A stretch of 64,000 bases of DNA from the human T2T-CHM13v2.0 reference genome, Homo sapiens (GCF_009914755.1 NC_060926.1); one strand, 5' to 3'. Counted from the first letter of the stretch, positions 37,860-52,710 are shown. Numbers and translations: made by a program. The notes: generated by a model not told the origin, from the sequence alone.

Positions 37860-38800
37860 TGTAGAAGCAGGGAACTTTGCTGGACTTTGAAGGAGGAATA
37901 GCATTTGAAAAGGTGGAGACAATAATGATGCCATTCTGGATAGAGAAGCAGCATGAACAAAGGTACTAATAGAGAGATTGCTAGAAAACGCATTTGGATT
38001 ATAAACCATATTGTGGGAATTAGTTGGAAATCAAGTTGGATACACAAGATGAGAAGGATATTAGTTTAGAAGTATGACATGGAAAATATGGAGAATATAA
38101 TACTCTTGAAACAGGGACTAGTATGCTTAATGGGCTGTTTGGGGATCATCAATCCATTTTTGTTTGGAAGAATGAGTAATGTTGAGGCAAGGAGATTAGA
38201 GCAAGGTCAGCTGGGAGCTCTATCCTGTATGGTGATGAGGTCTCCAGTTATGAGAATGATGTGGGAATAAAGAGAAAGAGGACATTTTAAATATGGAAAT
38301 GTTTTGATACAGTGACACACCGGATTCAGAGGATGAGGCATAGAGAAAATTTAAAAATAACTTCAAGGTTTCTGGTTGAGATAAAAAGAATGTTGAAGCC
38401 ACTTGCAGCAAAAACTGCTAAAGAAAGGGTCTAAGGTTTAGAAAAACATTTTTCTTGCTTGTTGAGTGTGATGTGATGTGATCCACAAGGAGGATGTCCA
38501 CCAAGAGAAACCTTATGGGCTGATTAGAAAGTGAAGTCGGAAGAATTTGATCTGGAGACTTTGATAAGGGGTGGCATTGAATGCCATCAGATTGGGGGTA
38601 AACACAGAGGCATGAATCAGAGAAATAAAAGCAAAGGGTCAATATTGGAGGCTTGTGGAATTGCCTCACTTAGGTGCTGGATGATGTGTGGAAGCCTGAG
38701 AGAGAGACCCAAGAAGGAGTGATCAGAGATGCAGAAAGAGAGCCAGGAGAGAGACATGTCAGTGAAGCCAGAAAAGAGAAAGGATCAAGAAGTTGAGTAC
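37860..38800 (-). mobile_element. L2 (long degraded fragment)
   Basis: gaagcagcatgaacaaaggtac; aataacttcaaggtttctggttgag; gatctggagactttg. Confidence 0.6.
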
Positions 38801-39725
38801 ATCAATAGTTAAAAAAATAAAATACGATCAACAACAGGAACTTAGGAGAAACATATGATTGAGTATAATAATAATGTAAACAAAGGAATTTGGGCAAAAG
38901 AATTCAGGTTGAAGAAATTAATCCAGTGTAACTAACACTCTCAGTAAATAAGTGTATTTTTATTAGTTCTAATAGTTTTATTAGTTTATTAAAAGTTCTA
39001 AACTAACACTTTTTTTTCTTTTTTGCTGTTTTAAATATACAATGTTACAAAGTCAGTGACCTACATGGCAATTTGTAGAATTCATCCTGAAAGCTGCGGA
39101 CATAAATATGTCCTTTAGAAATTTCACCCGTTTGGATAAAATTAGTTGAGAAAAGTTAAAAATATTTACAGAAAGAGTGAAATTTAAAAATTAAGTAAGG
39201 TACAAATTCTGTGCAATGTTAAAAGTAACCCCAAATCAAAGTTGAAAAAAAAAAGGCACACAGAGGTAGCACTTGCAGACATCCTAAATAAGCTATGTAC
39301 GTTCAAGCACCTGGTGCTGAGAAAATTTTAGAAGCAGTATATTTAGTCACAGTTCCACTAGCTCATCATGCCTTTGCTATTTTCTAAATTCTGACTTTAT
39401 TGCTAGAGAGATTTACATGAAAAATGATGCTTTTAAAAGTTTCAACTGTTTCTCCTGTTTATTCCTTCACCTGAAGTCATAATCATATTTCCATAGGAAT
39501 AAATGATGATTTCACAGGCAAAGGATTATAGCTTTTGGGGGACAATTAGGTGTCAGAATATGAAGTTCTTAAAATGAAGGTCTTGTTTATAGTATCAAGT
39601 GTTTGTGACAAACACAATGAGTAGTGATGAAAATGTGCCCCAAAATATGACGTGTCATGTGGGCGATTGTCTACATTCTGAAGAGATTTCTAGCATCTAG
39701 AATTTTTTGTTATGGTATGAATTTA

Positions 39726-40059
<334 letters not shown>

Positions 40060-40498
40060 TCAGCCCTGTCATAGGGAGTTCTTGTGAGGAGATATTTCTT
40101 TTGTGGCTTAAATTGCTCCTGTAATGTTATGTTGCTACTGCCATTATTGCTACAGAGACTTCATTTGTATTACAGAATGTAGGATACCAAATGTCAGCAC
40201 ATGAAATGTGTCTACATGGAACTAATCCCTGTGATGGTCAGAAGTGAGTAGTGCTCCAGCTAGTTCAACCTAGAGTCAAAATTCAAGAATTCCATAAAAC
40301 CACTGGGAAAACAATTGTAAAGTGATTCCTGGGGAATTCACTTTTTCTACCCCCAACTCTTATATCCACTGGAGAATATACATTCTCTATTAAGCAGTCA
40401 AAGGTGAGCTCTAAGGTGGTACAGATGGAACACTGCTTACCTTTCCAGTGCTTAGCTTAGTGCCTGGCACATGGAAGTCACTCCCCCACACTGGCCCC

Positions 40499-40501
<3 letters not shown>

Positions 40502-40531
<30 letters not shown>
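40502..40531. repeat. (TG)15 microsatellite within an L2 3' tail (~40400-40548)
   Basis: Perfect TG repeat between agtgcctggcacatgg and ttgaatgaatgaatgaa. Confidence 0.95.
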
Positions 40532-40533
<2 letters not shown>

Positions 40534-41229
40534 GAATGAATGAATGAAAAGGAGGATCAGTCAGAAGTGCTTCTGGAAACAGACTACTTTTTGCTCTGTG
40601 CCTGTGGGAATAAAACTCTGCCACACTTTTCCAGGCTAGGATGAAAACTTAGAAGCTACTGCTTCTCTTATGGTTTGATAGCATGGACATTTTCCAACAT
40701 GATTGTGTGTGTCTTCTGCACTACCAGTTTTTGTTAGATGGTTTCCTGGAAAGGTGTTTCCTAGCTGGTATTGTCGACTGCATCCTCTAGGGAGCACTGA
40801 GTAACCTCTATTTAACCTCTCCTGGTATAGGAATATCTTCCCATAATAACCTTCCTACACACTATGCTTACCATCCTGACATGGAGATTGAGGCCAGAGT
40901 TACATTAAACATATGTAAAAGTTATACAAACATGCCTTATGAAGTTTGGCTTCCAAATTTGTGAGGAGGAAAGAAAGCATGCTAGAGAAAAGACAGAATA
41001 ATCTTTTTCCTTTCTTTATTGAAAATTACATGACAAAATCCTTGTCATATGAAGGGGCCATCAAAGGCTATTCAGCTAACGATGTAGGAAAATAGTATTT
41101 TAGATATGTGTTGGTTAGTAAATAAATAATAACATGTTAGTTTTCTGGATTTTACAGTTTTTTTTTTTAACATTTGTAATTGATTTGAGATTTCTTGAAT
41201 CATTCTAATTAAGCATTTGCTTTAATACC

Positions 41230-41322
41230 TAATTTTGTATTTATAATTTTGTATTATTTTTCTTAAAAAAAGGGGTGCCCAAGTTGTATAAGCTTCAGGC
41301 AGTACAAAATCTGTTTCCTGCC
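41230..41322 (+). mobile_element. possible hAT-Tip100 (MER69/Zaphod-like) terminal fragment
   Basis: aggggtgcccaagttgtataagcttcaggcagtacaaaatctg. Confidence 0.4.
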
Positions 41323-41583
41323 TCATATGTCCTGTTGCTTGCATTTCCCTAATGGAAAAAGCCTTATCAACATTTTTGTTAAGAAATGAGAAAATGTCTA
41401 AAGGGTTCTGGCATTATTCTGTTTCCACCAGAGAGGCTAGAACCACTTTATGTAATACCCCTGGGGCAATCAGTTTATAGTCACCTCTTTAAAGATGACA
41501 TAAGAAGTAAAAAAACAAAAACAAAACAAAACAAAAAAAACAAAAAAAGTTCAAAGCAAGTTTCTGGGTTCTCTGCTTTCACA

Positions 41584-41810
41584 GATGTGGTTCAAAGAGT
41601 GCTGAATTTAGAGTCAAAATGTTTGAATTATGATTCCTGACCTGCCTCTCATGAGCTGTGGGACCTTGAGGAGATCCTTTCCCCTCACCGAACCTCAGTC
41701 ATCTCTATCTCTCAAAGATGGCTTTTATCTTGGCTTATTTCACAAAGGTCTCATGATCAAATGAGATAATATATGTCAAAGAGGCACTGCTGTGATTAAA
41801 GTGCACTGGT
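41584..41810 (+). mobile_element. MIRc
   Basis: agagtgctgaatttagagtcaaaa...gctgtgggaccttg...aacctcagtc...gatcaaatgagataatatatg. Confidence 0.75.
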
Positions 41811-41915
41811 TTAAGTTGTTGCTGATATTTGTTATTTCTTAGTAAGGAGAAAACATTCTATGACCGAGTAGGAAAGCACCTCCTCTACCCCTATTCAATG
41901 TTCTTAATAAGTATG

Positions 41916-42274
41916 TGTATGAGTCCATTTTCATGCTACCGATAAAGACATACCTGAGAGTAGGCAATTTACAAAAGAAAAAAGCTTAATGGACTCATAG
42001 TTCCATGTGGCTGGGGAAGTCTCACTATCATGGTGGAAGGTGAAAGGCAAGTCTCACATGGCAGCAAACAAGAGAAGAGAGCTTGTGCAGGGAAACCTCC
42101 CCTTATAAAACCATCAGATCTGGTGAGACTTATTCACTATTATAAGAACAGCATGGGGTAGACCTGCCCCCATGATTCAATCATCTCCCACCAGGTCCCT
42201 CCCACAACACGTGGGTATTGTGGGAACTACAATTCAAGATGAGATTTGGGTGGGGAAACAGCCAAACCATATCA
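41916..42274 (-). mobile_element. THE1B solo LTR
   Basis: tgtatgagtcc...cagccaaaccatatca termini; perfect 5-bp TSD gtatg (41911-41915 / 42275-42279). Confidence 0.92.
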
Positions 42275-44990
42275 GTATGGGTGCTGGAAGATGGCTGGGG
42301 GAGACAAGGAGTCAGATGACATGTAGGGGAAGTAAAAGGAGCAATGGGGGTGAGGGACAATGCTAGTTTCATAAATGTCCCAGATAATGAAGCCAAAGAG
42401 AAAGGTCATTTGCGGCCTTCCAGCCTGAATTCCTTCAAGCCTGTTTGTGAATGTGATCTCAATTAGTCTATCAGCTGGCTACTGCCTACTAACAACCAGT
42501 TAGTTATTTTTGACACTTTTTCTTATAATAATCCATATATTTGATGGTTACTGTATTATATGGAGCTGTTGCCACACCAAGTTTTCCATATCGAAGGCTG
42601 CAAAATGAACAATTGTTCTTGTCTTTTGTTTTCAGGATCAGTTGCACAATTCGTGAAGAAATATCATTTGTGGGGGCTATTGGAAAGATTATCCTACTAG
42701 GAATGAGGGAATTCTATTTAATCCTAGCTTTTAAAAAGGCAGTATACACTGAAAGTAGGTCGTATACCCTCTCTGAGTTTCATGTTCTTTGTTGGTAAAA
42801 TAATATCAGCCCAATTGCACCAAAGGCATTTTTAAGATAAAATAATAAAGCGTAGATGTTGAAGAATTTTACCAAGCATAAAATGCTACCCAACTAAATG
42901 GTGATATTATTTGCTAAGAACTCCTAATGAGGAGGCAGTTAAATAAATTAACTATGAGATTGAGAAATGGAGAAATCAGCAGATGCAAAATCTACTAATT
43001 TGATAATTCCTAGGGCCATTAGTTTGTCATATGTACACATGCACTGACATAAAAATAAATAGAAAGCACTCTTTTCATCTAAAAATGGCTTTTCCTCTTC
43101 TGGATAGTTTCATAATGACAATCTGGCATCTATCAATTCCATCTAAAAGCATTGCTTGAAGCATTTAATCAGTCTTTCATAAATGTGCATGTCTGCTGCT
43201 TTTATAAATGTGACCAAAAAAAAAGGTTCTGAATATATTTTGCCCTTTTTCTGATTCTCAGACAGAACCACTGACAAGGATTCTAGACTGAAACTTCCCA
43301 CAATGCACTGATGGTGACTTCCAGACAAATATCAGCTAACCACTGTATACCATCAGCTGCCCACATTGGAAGAAACAAATCAGAAAACCGCTGTTCCATA
43401 TTCAAAGAAATGAAAGAACGGCATAAGTAAAATGACAGGCTATTAATTCTGGTTTGGAAAGCATGAATAACACTTTTGATGAAGTTTAAATTTCTTTTGG
43501 CTCTTCAGAAATGGATAAATCATTTAAAATAAAAATAGATGTTGTTTTACAGAACACTCATTTCTCTCAATATTTATTATTTGGGGGAAAAGTGTTTTTT
43601 TAATGATGAAAAATAATGAAGTGTTCACATGAATGCTTCGATATAGCACACAGTTCATTCTCTGATGCCTCAGTGAGCTCTAGACTCAAAAATTATTTGG
43701 TATAATTTAAGTAAACGTCCAGTATATAAAATTTTAATTGAAAAGATATGATATTTCATTAAATGCGGTCACACATCACTATTGTCGCCAAATGAGGCTT
43801 GGCAGTATCTCCAAGACACTTTTCTACTGACTGGATTTTGTCTTCAGCCTGAGCCAAATGTAGCCTTCAAGATATACGTCAGTTATCATGTGCTGTACAA
43901 GAGAGATTATATCTGTATATAGACATGTTATACATTTATATGTTTTCTATCATTTATACAATTTATTTTTATATGAATACTTTTATCTGCAATTTCATTA
44001 TAAAACATCAGCAATGTTAGAATAATTATCAATTTGTAAAAGCCTTCCACCTGGAAAAGTATTTATAGTTCTAGGAATTAACAGAATGCTGTGACAGTAA
44101 GATACAAAAAGAGAAGAAAGCATTTTGGAAGTAAATATTCCCTGGGAGTCTGTCTAGAATGTGTAAGCAAGAAAGATAAAGGGAGCTCTTTTTGGTTTTT
44201 GCAAATTCTTTTTCCCATTTCTGAGATAATGAGCTTTATTTTCTGTTTTTCCTGGGGTTGGCACATTCACCTTGAAGAAGTTTCAGGGAATACCAGTGAG
44301 GCATGCACACTACCACTGTGTTTTAATTAGGATCCATTCTCCTACATCATCATATCTAACTTGACTTATGTTCCCTGCAAAGTTATATTAGAACCAAAGA
44401 GCCCACAGGACAGCTCTGCCCCGCCTAATTATTCTGAAACTTACTGAAGGGGTTAGTGAGCATGTAGGTATCAACTGCCAGCTTACTGAACAATTCAACG
44501 TACCTGGAGAAACTCCTGGACGAATGTAACTCTACCACTTTTCTCTGTTTGCACCAAATTTGGGCATTTACTTTGGAATGCTAGTTTCATGTAACAGTTC
44601 ATCTTCAACCCTTCCTTCTTCTCCGAAGTCTCCAGGATGACACCTGATGCCACCCACACCAGCAGCACAGTGGCCATTAGTGTAACATAAGTGACCTGCT
44701 TCCCATTTTTTTTCTGTATAAGGGGCTACCACACTGGGCTTCTCAGCCAATCACTCCTGTCCATATCCTCAAGGATTCACAATTAGTAAGAATCTCAAAG
44801 AACTGGTACGCAGGTTCTTCTGCTTATTTTTCATACTTTAATGATTTGGGGGAAAATCTGAAAAGTGGAATCATGCAAGTGTCAAAAAGGGATTCTGAAT
44901 AATATCTTGTTATGTTTTCTCATTTCACAGTCCTGATTGAGACTTGGGGCAAGCTGAAGTTTTGTTGTGTGTAATTATTGTTATTTATAA

Positions 44991-45303
<313 letters not shown>

Positions 45304-45974
45304 TGAAAACACTTTTTGCTTGACAAGGGGTTGGTACTCAAATATACTTTTGGAGTAGATAGTCTCTTTGTTTTGACGGAAAAAATCTAACATCTGAATA
45401 TATCCTTTAGGGTTCATCTTATAATGCAGAGATGGAGGTACTTCTCAGTTTTCCATAAGAAAACATAGTTTAAAAATGTAGCTCTTTAGAGTGAGATTCT
45501 AAATCAAAATTGGTAAAATAAATCCCATGGATGACCAAGGCATAACTGTGGCTCTAAAATGGTTGGACAAATGTGTGGGGAGATTTTCTTTTCTTGATAT
45601 ACTTGAACAGGTTGTGTCTGTAAATTTTGCCTTGCAAATATTACAGAAATGTATATGTCTGTGTAAATGAGAACATGTGAGTGGTGGAAAGAGAGGGAGA
45701 GAGAACTTTCGTTGTGGTAGCTCTTCACCTCCCATGGGAGGGCGTAGATGGAAAATCAGCAGGTAAGGCCTTCACGCTTGAGCTTCGTGATGGGGAAGCA
45801 AGAAATGAGAAGGGAACGGCCTGTGCTTGGCTTGATTCCACCTGGATTGCCTGACATTCGACTTGGCCTCCCACACAAGAACAAATAACCCAATATATTG
45901 ATTATAATCTGATATAATTGTTGTTTAGGGACCAAAGGGTAAGTCCATTTTTGTCGTAGGTGTTAATGATTATC

Positions 45975-46146
45975 ATCAGAATAGCTAACACCTACTGAGC
46001 ACTTATTACATACCAAGCGATATTCTAAATGCTTTACACACGTTAATTGTTGCCCTCACAGTAGCCTCTGAGTTAGGAACAATTGATAGTCCTGTTTTAA
46101 AGATGAGAAAACTGAGGCCCATGGAGATCAAGTAACTTTCTCATGG
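45975..46146 (-). mobile_element. MIR
   Basis: aatagctaacacctactgagcactta...agatgagaaaactgaggccc...aagtaactt. Confidence 0.8.
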
Positions 46147-46726
46147 CTCCAGAAAGAAAGGAAGCTGCAAACTGGGAAGGGGCTGAACTTCTAGGGTTGG
46201 TGGAGTCAGGTTGCTCTTTATCTTGGGTTTGTGATTTTCCTGATGGAAAATGGTTACCAACAAAGGTAACCATTTATGGCAAGACTTCAGAAGGTCCCTC
46301 TCACAGTGGGCTTCCCAACAGGTAGAGGGAAATGAAAAATCCATGAAAGCATCCCACTGGTGAAAGTGCTAGCCACAGGGCACCTGCCATACGGAATTCA
46401 CCTACATCTGATTAGAATTCGGCCAGTCAGTTAAGGTTTGTTTTGTTTTGTTTTGTTTTTCATCCTTGTCTCTATCTCCGTCTGAAATTCAGTTCCTTGG
46501 GTTGCTATATGATTATCTTGTAAATGCATTAAAATGTATTGGTTGATATGATCATAGGCATTAAACTATCCTGACTGCTGTTACATGAAATAGACATAGT
46601 TGTAAAGTAAACATGACCAATCTCACTGATTTTTAATTTATGTCTTTCTACCTCCCCGAAGGCAACTACTATCCTGACTTTTGGTATGTGTGTGCGTGCA
46701 CGTGCATGTGTTTATTAGTGTCTAGC

Positions 46727-47071
46727 TTTTTATTTTTTATTTTATTTATGTATTTATCTATTTATTTATTTTGTGTGTGTGTTTTTGAGATAGGGTCTTG
46801 CTCTGTCACCCAGGCTGGAGTGCAGTGGTGCTATCTCAGCTCACTGCAACTTCCATTCCCCCAGGCTCAAGCGATTCTCCCACCTCAGCCTCTCTAGTAG
46901 CTGAAACCACAGGTGCATACCACCATGCCCGGCTAATGTTTTTGTATTTTTGGTAGAGATGGAGTCTTGCCATGTTGCCCACGCTGGTCTTGAACTCCTG
47001 AGCTCAAGCAGTTCACCTGTCTTGGCCTCCCAAAGTGTTGGAATTACAGGGGTGAGTCACCATGCCCAGCC
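46727..47071 (-). mobile_element. AluJb
   Basis: Full antisense Alu, caggctcaagcgattctcccacc; TSD tagcttttt (46723-46731 / 47072-47080). Confidence 0.9.
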
Positions 47072-47129
47072 TAGCTTTTTAAAAAAGTATTGAATTCAAG
47101 TGGTGAGAATAAATATCCATATCTTGTTT

Positions 47130-47512
47130 ATTTAAAAAAAACAACAACTTTTGAGTTCAGGGGTACATGTGCAGGTTTGTTACATAGGTGAACATGTGTC
47201 ATGGGGGTTTGTTGTACAGATTATTTCGTCACCCAGGTATTAAGCCTAGTACCCATTAGTTATTTTTCCTGATCCTCTCCCTCCTCCCACCCTCCACCCT
47301 CCAATAGGCCGCAGTATGTGTTATTCCCCTCTATGTGTCCATGTGTTCTCATCATTTAGCTCCTACTTATAAGCGAGCTATACATGTGGTATTTGGTTTT
47401 CTGTTTCTGTGTTAGTTTGCTAATGATAATGGCCCCCAGATCCATCCGTGTCTCTGCAAAGAACATGTTCTCATTCTTTTTTATGGCTACATAGTATTCC
47501 ATCATGTATATT
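47130..47512 (-). mobile_element. L1PA13-like 5'-truncated 3' end
   Basis: gtcatgggggtttgttgtacagattatttcgtcacccaggtattaagcctagtaccc; TSD tatcttgttt (47120-47129 / 47513-47522). Confidence 0.85.
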
Positions 47513-48445
47513 TATCTTGTTTCTGATCTCAGAGAAAGTATGTCATTAACCAAAATGTCCCTTCCATTCTTAGTTTACCAGGATGTTCTTTTTGAATCAT
47601 AGATTGATGGTAAATTTCATTAAACTTTTTCTTTGTCTATTGAGATAAGCACATGAGTCTTCTTCTTTACTCTGTTAAAAGGGTAGAGTACAATGATTGT
47701 CTAATTTTCAATCAACATTTCATATCTGAAATAAATCTTATTTATGATATAATTCTTATTGAAATAGTTTTAATATAGTTATTATTTTGTTTGTTTGCAT
47801 TTATGTTCTTGAGTGAACTGGACCTATGATTTTTCTCGTACTGTTCTTTTTGTGTTTTGTTATCAAGATTACGATGTCCTCATAAAAAGTTGAAGACTGT
47901 ACCCACTTTTTCTAGTTTTGGAAAACTGTACGTAGCATTGGTGCTGTTTCTTCCTTACATGTTTCGCAGAATTTGCTAGTGAAAATGATTAGTGTAGAGT
48001 TCTATTTGCAAAACAATAATATAGTTCAACTTTCTTATTTACAAAACAGAAAAAATCAGGGAAATGAATGATATATTTAGTAAGCAATAACTCAGAAGCA
48101 GGTGAACTGCTTCACTAATTTCACTTCCCTGGAATTATCAAATCAGTGTCTTTAATAGTTGAAGGAATATATAGGTTTTTCCATTTTTTTGTTTTGTTTT
48201 ATAAATTATATTTTCTAAGATTTATTTCATCCAAAAGTTTAGTTATCAAGAAAATTGTTTATATTATCCTGTTACCTTTTTAAATGTCTGATCTATAGAT
48301 TATGTTTTTTTAATTCTTGATAGAGTAGGACCAAATTAGGTTCTACTCTGTTTTTTAAAGTCGTGATCACATATCACTAGAGGTTCATCAGATTTACTTC
48401 TTTTTTTTTTCTAAAATCAAATATTAGCTTTTTTGATATTCCTTA
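47513..48445 (-). mobile_element. L1ME-type ORF2 fragment (host of the L1PA)
   Basis: tcttgtttctgatctcagagaaag...ttcccttccattcttagttt-like, ttgcatttatgttcttgagtga. Confidence 0.6.
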
Positions 48446-50306
48446 TGGAAGAACTCCAGTGAAGTGGCCAGAACTTGGAGATACTGACTTAGTAGTAGTT
48501 TAAGTAGGCATTGTGCTAGGGGAATGATGTAGAAGCAGAAGGTCACTTGACTGCAGTGAACCAACACCAGCGAGGAAGCCAAGCCTATCCCAGAGAGACC
48601 AGATATTAGAAATTCATCCTTTGAATGTCACGTGAGCCTTTGAGATTGGAATTCAATACTAGAACAGAGAAGGAATTTCAGTAATGAATGAGATGGAATT
48701 TTCCTTCCATCCCAGAAGGCCTGAAGTTAGAATTGTATTGGTATTATCAACATTTTCCTAGCTTTACCTTCATAATCTCTCATTTTTGTTTTTCCACAGA
48801 GGTGAATCACTTCAAAGAGAAGGACCAGATTCTCATGGACCCCACTGCCATGCTGGCCAGACATCTTGCTGCCATTGTTTTCCTGTTATTTACTCCCAAA
48901 CAGGTAAATTTCCAGATCTTAAAAGGAGTTATGCTATAAATAAGTTTTTGTATGTGTGTTAGTGTGTGTGCATGTATTATAGGGATTTGATTATAATTTT
49001 TAATTAGCACAACTTCAGGTACACATATATCAAAGGAACACTATGAGTATTTGGCAATTAATGTTTGTAAATCACCTTGAGATCCTTGAGGTAGAACGAT
49101 GCTATATAAATGAATAATGTGGTAATAAAATTAATAATGCATGCACTGACATTCCCAAGCCAGTTGCCTGAAAAAGATCTTGAAGTTGAAGGAGAGCTGT
49201 GCAAAATGTAGCTATCTAAATAAGAAAATATTGTCATACTCCCCTTAAGCTATAATGAAAAATATCTGCAAAATACAGAATACAAACATAACCCATGCCT
49301 TTGATTTCTAATATATGTATGAATGCTTATCATTTGGATAAGTAAATATTTCACTATTTGTTTATAGTAATTACATCAAGAATTAAAGACTGTAATCATT
49401 TATCTGGGATGATATTATGTGGAAACTAATTGGCAGTTGTTTCAACATAATTGCTTAATGTTGTTCAATGATAAATTATGATTCTATTACTAATTCAAGT
49501 CTTGTCAATGGCATAATGGATATTTCTGCAAATATTTTTAGAAATAATCTGTAAAAGGCAAAAAAGAGCCTAAGGTGCACTCAAGCCATAAAATAAATGA
49601 CTTTTCATATCTTCATTTCCTTTCAATATTAAAGGTCAATGATCTTATGCCTCTAACAACATCCTTTCCCTCTGGCACTGCAAAAGGAGGAAGAGGAAGA
49701 ATATACATGTTTACTCTATGTATGCCACTAAATTCAACCATTTATATTTTGGTCAGTTGAATTCTGAAAGTTCTGAAAATGGCATCAAACTTTGTAGAAC
49801 AAGTAAAATGAGTTGTTTCCCTAATTACACATAGTAAGTTAGGGCACTGTGTTGTTACTAAATAAAACTTTTAGAGTTGAGAAAATAGAAGGAAAAGCAT
49901 GATTTTATTAGATATTAACTACTTCTACACCCCAATTTCACCACTCTATTTTATACATAGCCAATTTTATATGAGAAACTATATTGTTTATTTTTGTTGC
50001 TGTCGTTTGTTTGTTGTCCCCCAACAAGAATATAAGCTCTTTGGAGCAGCATCTTGTCTGTCTTTCTTACATGTGTTTCTACTTTACCTACCCCATAATA
50101 AACATTTAAGAAATATTTCTGAATAACTAATTAATGATCAAGAACCCCATTGTTTCCTTCCCCAAACAATGATATTATTATTTGGGGAGATTTTTATTGT
50201 TATAGGGAATTATAACAATTCAACTGTTGCTATGAAATTTCCTAATTTCTTGGAAACAAATACCTAAAAGGAAAATAGGAAGGCATAGAACTTGCTTCCT
50301 GGGAGT

Positions 50307-50514
50307 CAGTGCTGTACAGGAGCTGACTTGTGTTGGCTCACAAAAGCTGCTTGTCTTCATTTCCAAGTCTGTGGTTAGTGATGTTACATTGTTTGCTTTC
50401 AATAGGCTTTGGAGGGGTATGTAGACCACAGAAATAGGAATATTCCACAAGTCAGGGCCTCCTGCCTCACCCTATCCATGGAGAGCTTGTTAAATATCTA
50501 ACAGCATACCATGG
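50307..50514 (+). mobile_element. MER63A (hAT-Blackjack)
   Basis: cagtgctgtacaggagctg...agtgatgttacattg...accacagaaatagg...tcagggc...ttgttaaatatctaacagcataccatgg. Confidence 0.65.
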
Positions 50515-51174
50515 TGGAGGTAGGGGGAAAATAAAGGTAAACTTGATAATGGATAAGTCATGGAAAATCATGATATAGAATAATATATATATAATAGCTA
50601 TTTTTTTCTTCTATGCTGATGTCAGAATAGAAAGAGGAAGTGTCTTCAAACTTGGCAAATTTACAAACATAAATTAAAAATAATGAAGTATCCTTATGGT
50701 CTTTAAAGCATTCTCATTTAGATAACGCACTTTTACTTCAGGTCTAGGCAAAATGTTTCTCAATTTCAGTACACTAACAGAGTAGAAGAAAGCCGGACAA
50801 GTGAGAATGAAGGTTGTTGGAAAAAGCCTAGATTCTACTCCCACTTCTTAATCACAGTTTGTAGACTGAAGTGATTTATATTGAGGTTGGAGACACATAC
50901 AACTGAGAAATTCTCTAAGAAGTTCAAATGTGCCTAGATTTGGGTAGAACTGTAGGCCCAAAGGTAAGGTTTTAGAAACATCTACATAATTTATGGTCAA
51001 GGTTTATAAGTGGATATGACCACAAATTCAGAGAGAAAAAATGCTCAGTTCAGAGAGATGGGAGAAGTTAGAGTACGGGGAACTGTTAGATTTTTAAAAG
51101 TAATCATTGATAAATAATTGACATAGGTGGAGATCTTGGATTCTTCAGGGCCACAAAAACTAATGGAATGGTCA

Positions 51175-51625
<451 letters not shown>

Positions 51626-51795
51626 TTACTAGTGGATAGGTGCTTTGGGGCAATGAATAATATTAAATTTTTCAAAGGCTGGATATGAAAGGGAGAGAAC
51701 AGGAGAGCTTCGTAAAGAAATGAGAGTTTACGTATATTTTATTGTTTTGGAATGAAGAAGACAAATATTTTTATGGGTAAGAAGAATCCAATGGA

Positions 51796-52085
<290 letters not shown>

Positions 52086-52324
52086 AAGAATCCAATGGAG
52101 AAGAAAAGTAAAAAATAAGACACATGATTTAGTCAACAAAATAAAGAGACAAGGGAAAGGATAAAATTATATAGAGATTTGGGTGTTGAGGGAAGGAATT
52201 TGGTATATTCAATGGTACTTACGGTCTTTATCTCAGTCAAATAAAAAAACCAGGCCAAATGGTGAGATAGAAACAGGATTATTGTAAAGAAGTAAATATA
52301 CTACATTTGTCAGAACCTGACAAA

Positions 52325-52710
52325 CGCAGGCTTATTTCTAGGTTTTGCTGCTTATTTTGTAACTTTGGACAAGTCACTTATCATCCTTCAGTCTATTTCC
52401 TTAAAAATGAAAATAATAATATCAATCTAGAAGATTTATTTTAGTTTTAGAGCTAACAATAGCTGACATTTATTGAATAATTTATAACTACGAGTTGTTA
52501 AATCAATGTTTTGAAGTAAGTGTTATTATTATTCCAATTTTACAAGTAAGGAAACTGAGCTATCCAGAGATTAAGTAACTTTAATAGGGTCACAAAAGTT
52601 GTAAGAGGCAGAGCTAGGATTTGAACCTACGCAACCTAGGTTTGAAACTAAAACATCTTAGTACAGTCCTTAACATGTAGAACATTCAATAACTAGAGCT
52701 TGTAATTATT
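52325..52710. mobile_element. sense MIR with nested antisense MIR (~52458-52650)
   Basis: gtaactttggacaagtcactta (+) | aatagctgacatttattga...ggaaactgag...gcagagctaggatttgaacc (-) | cttagtacagtcc...cattcaataa (+). Confidence 0.65.
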
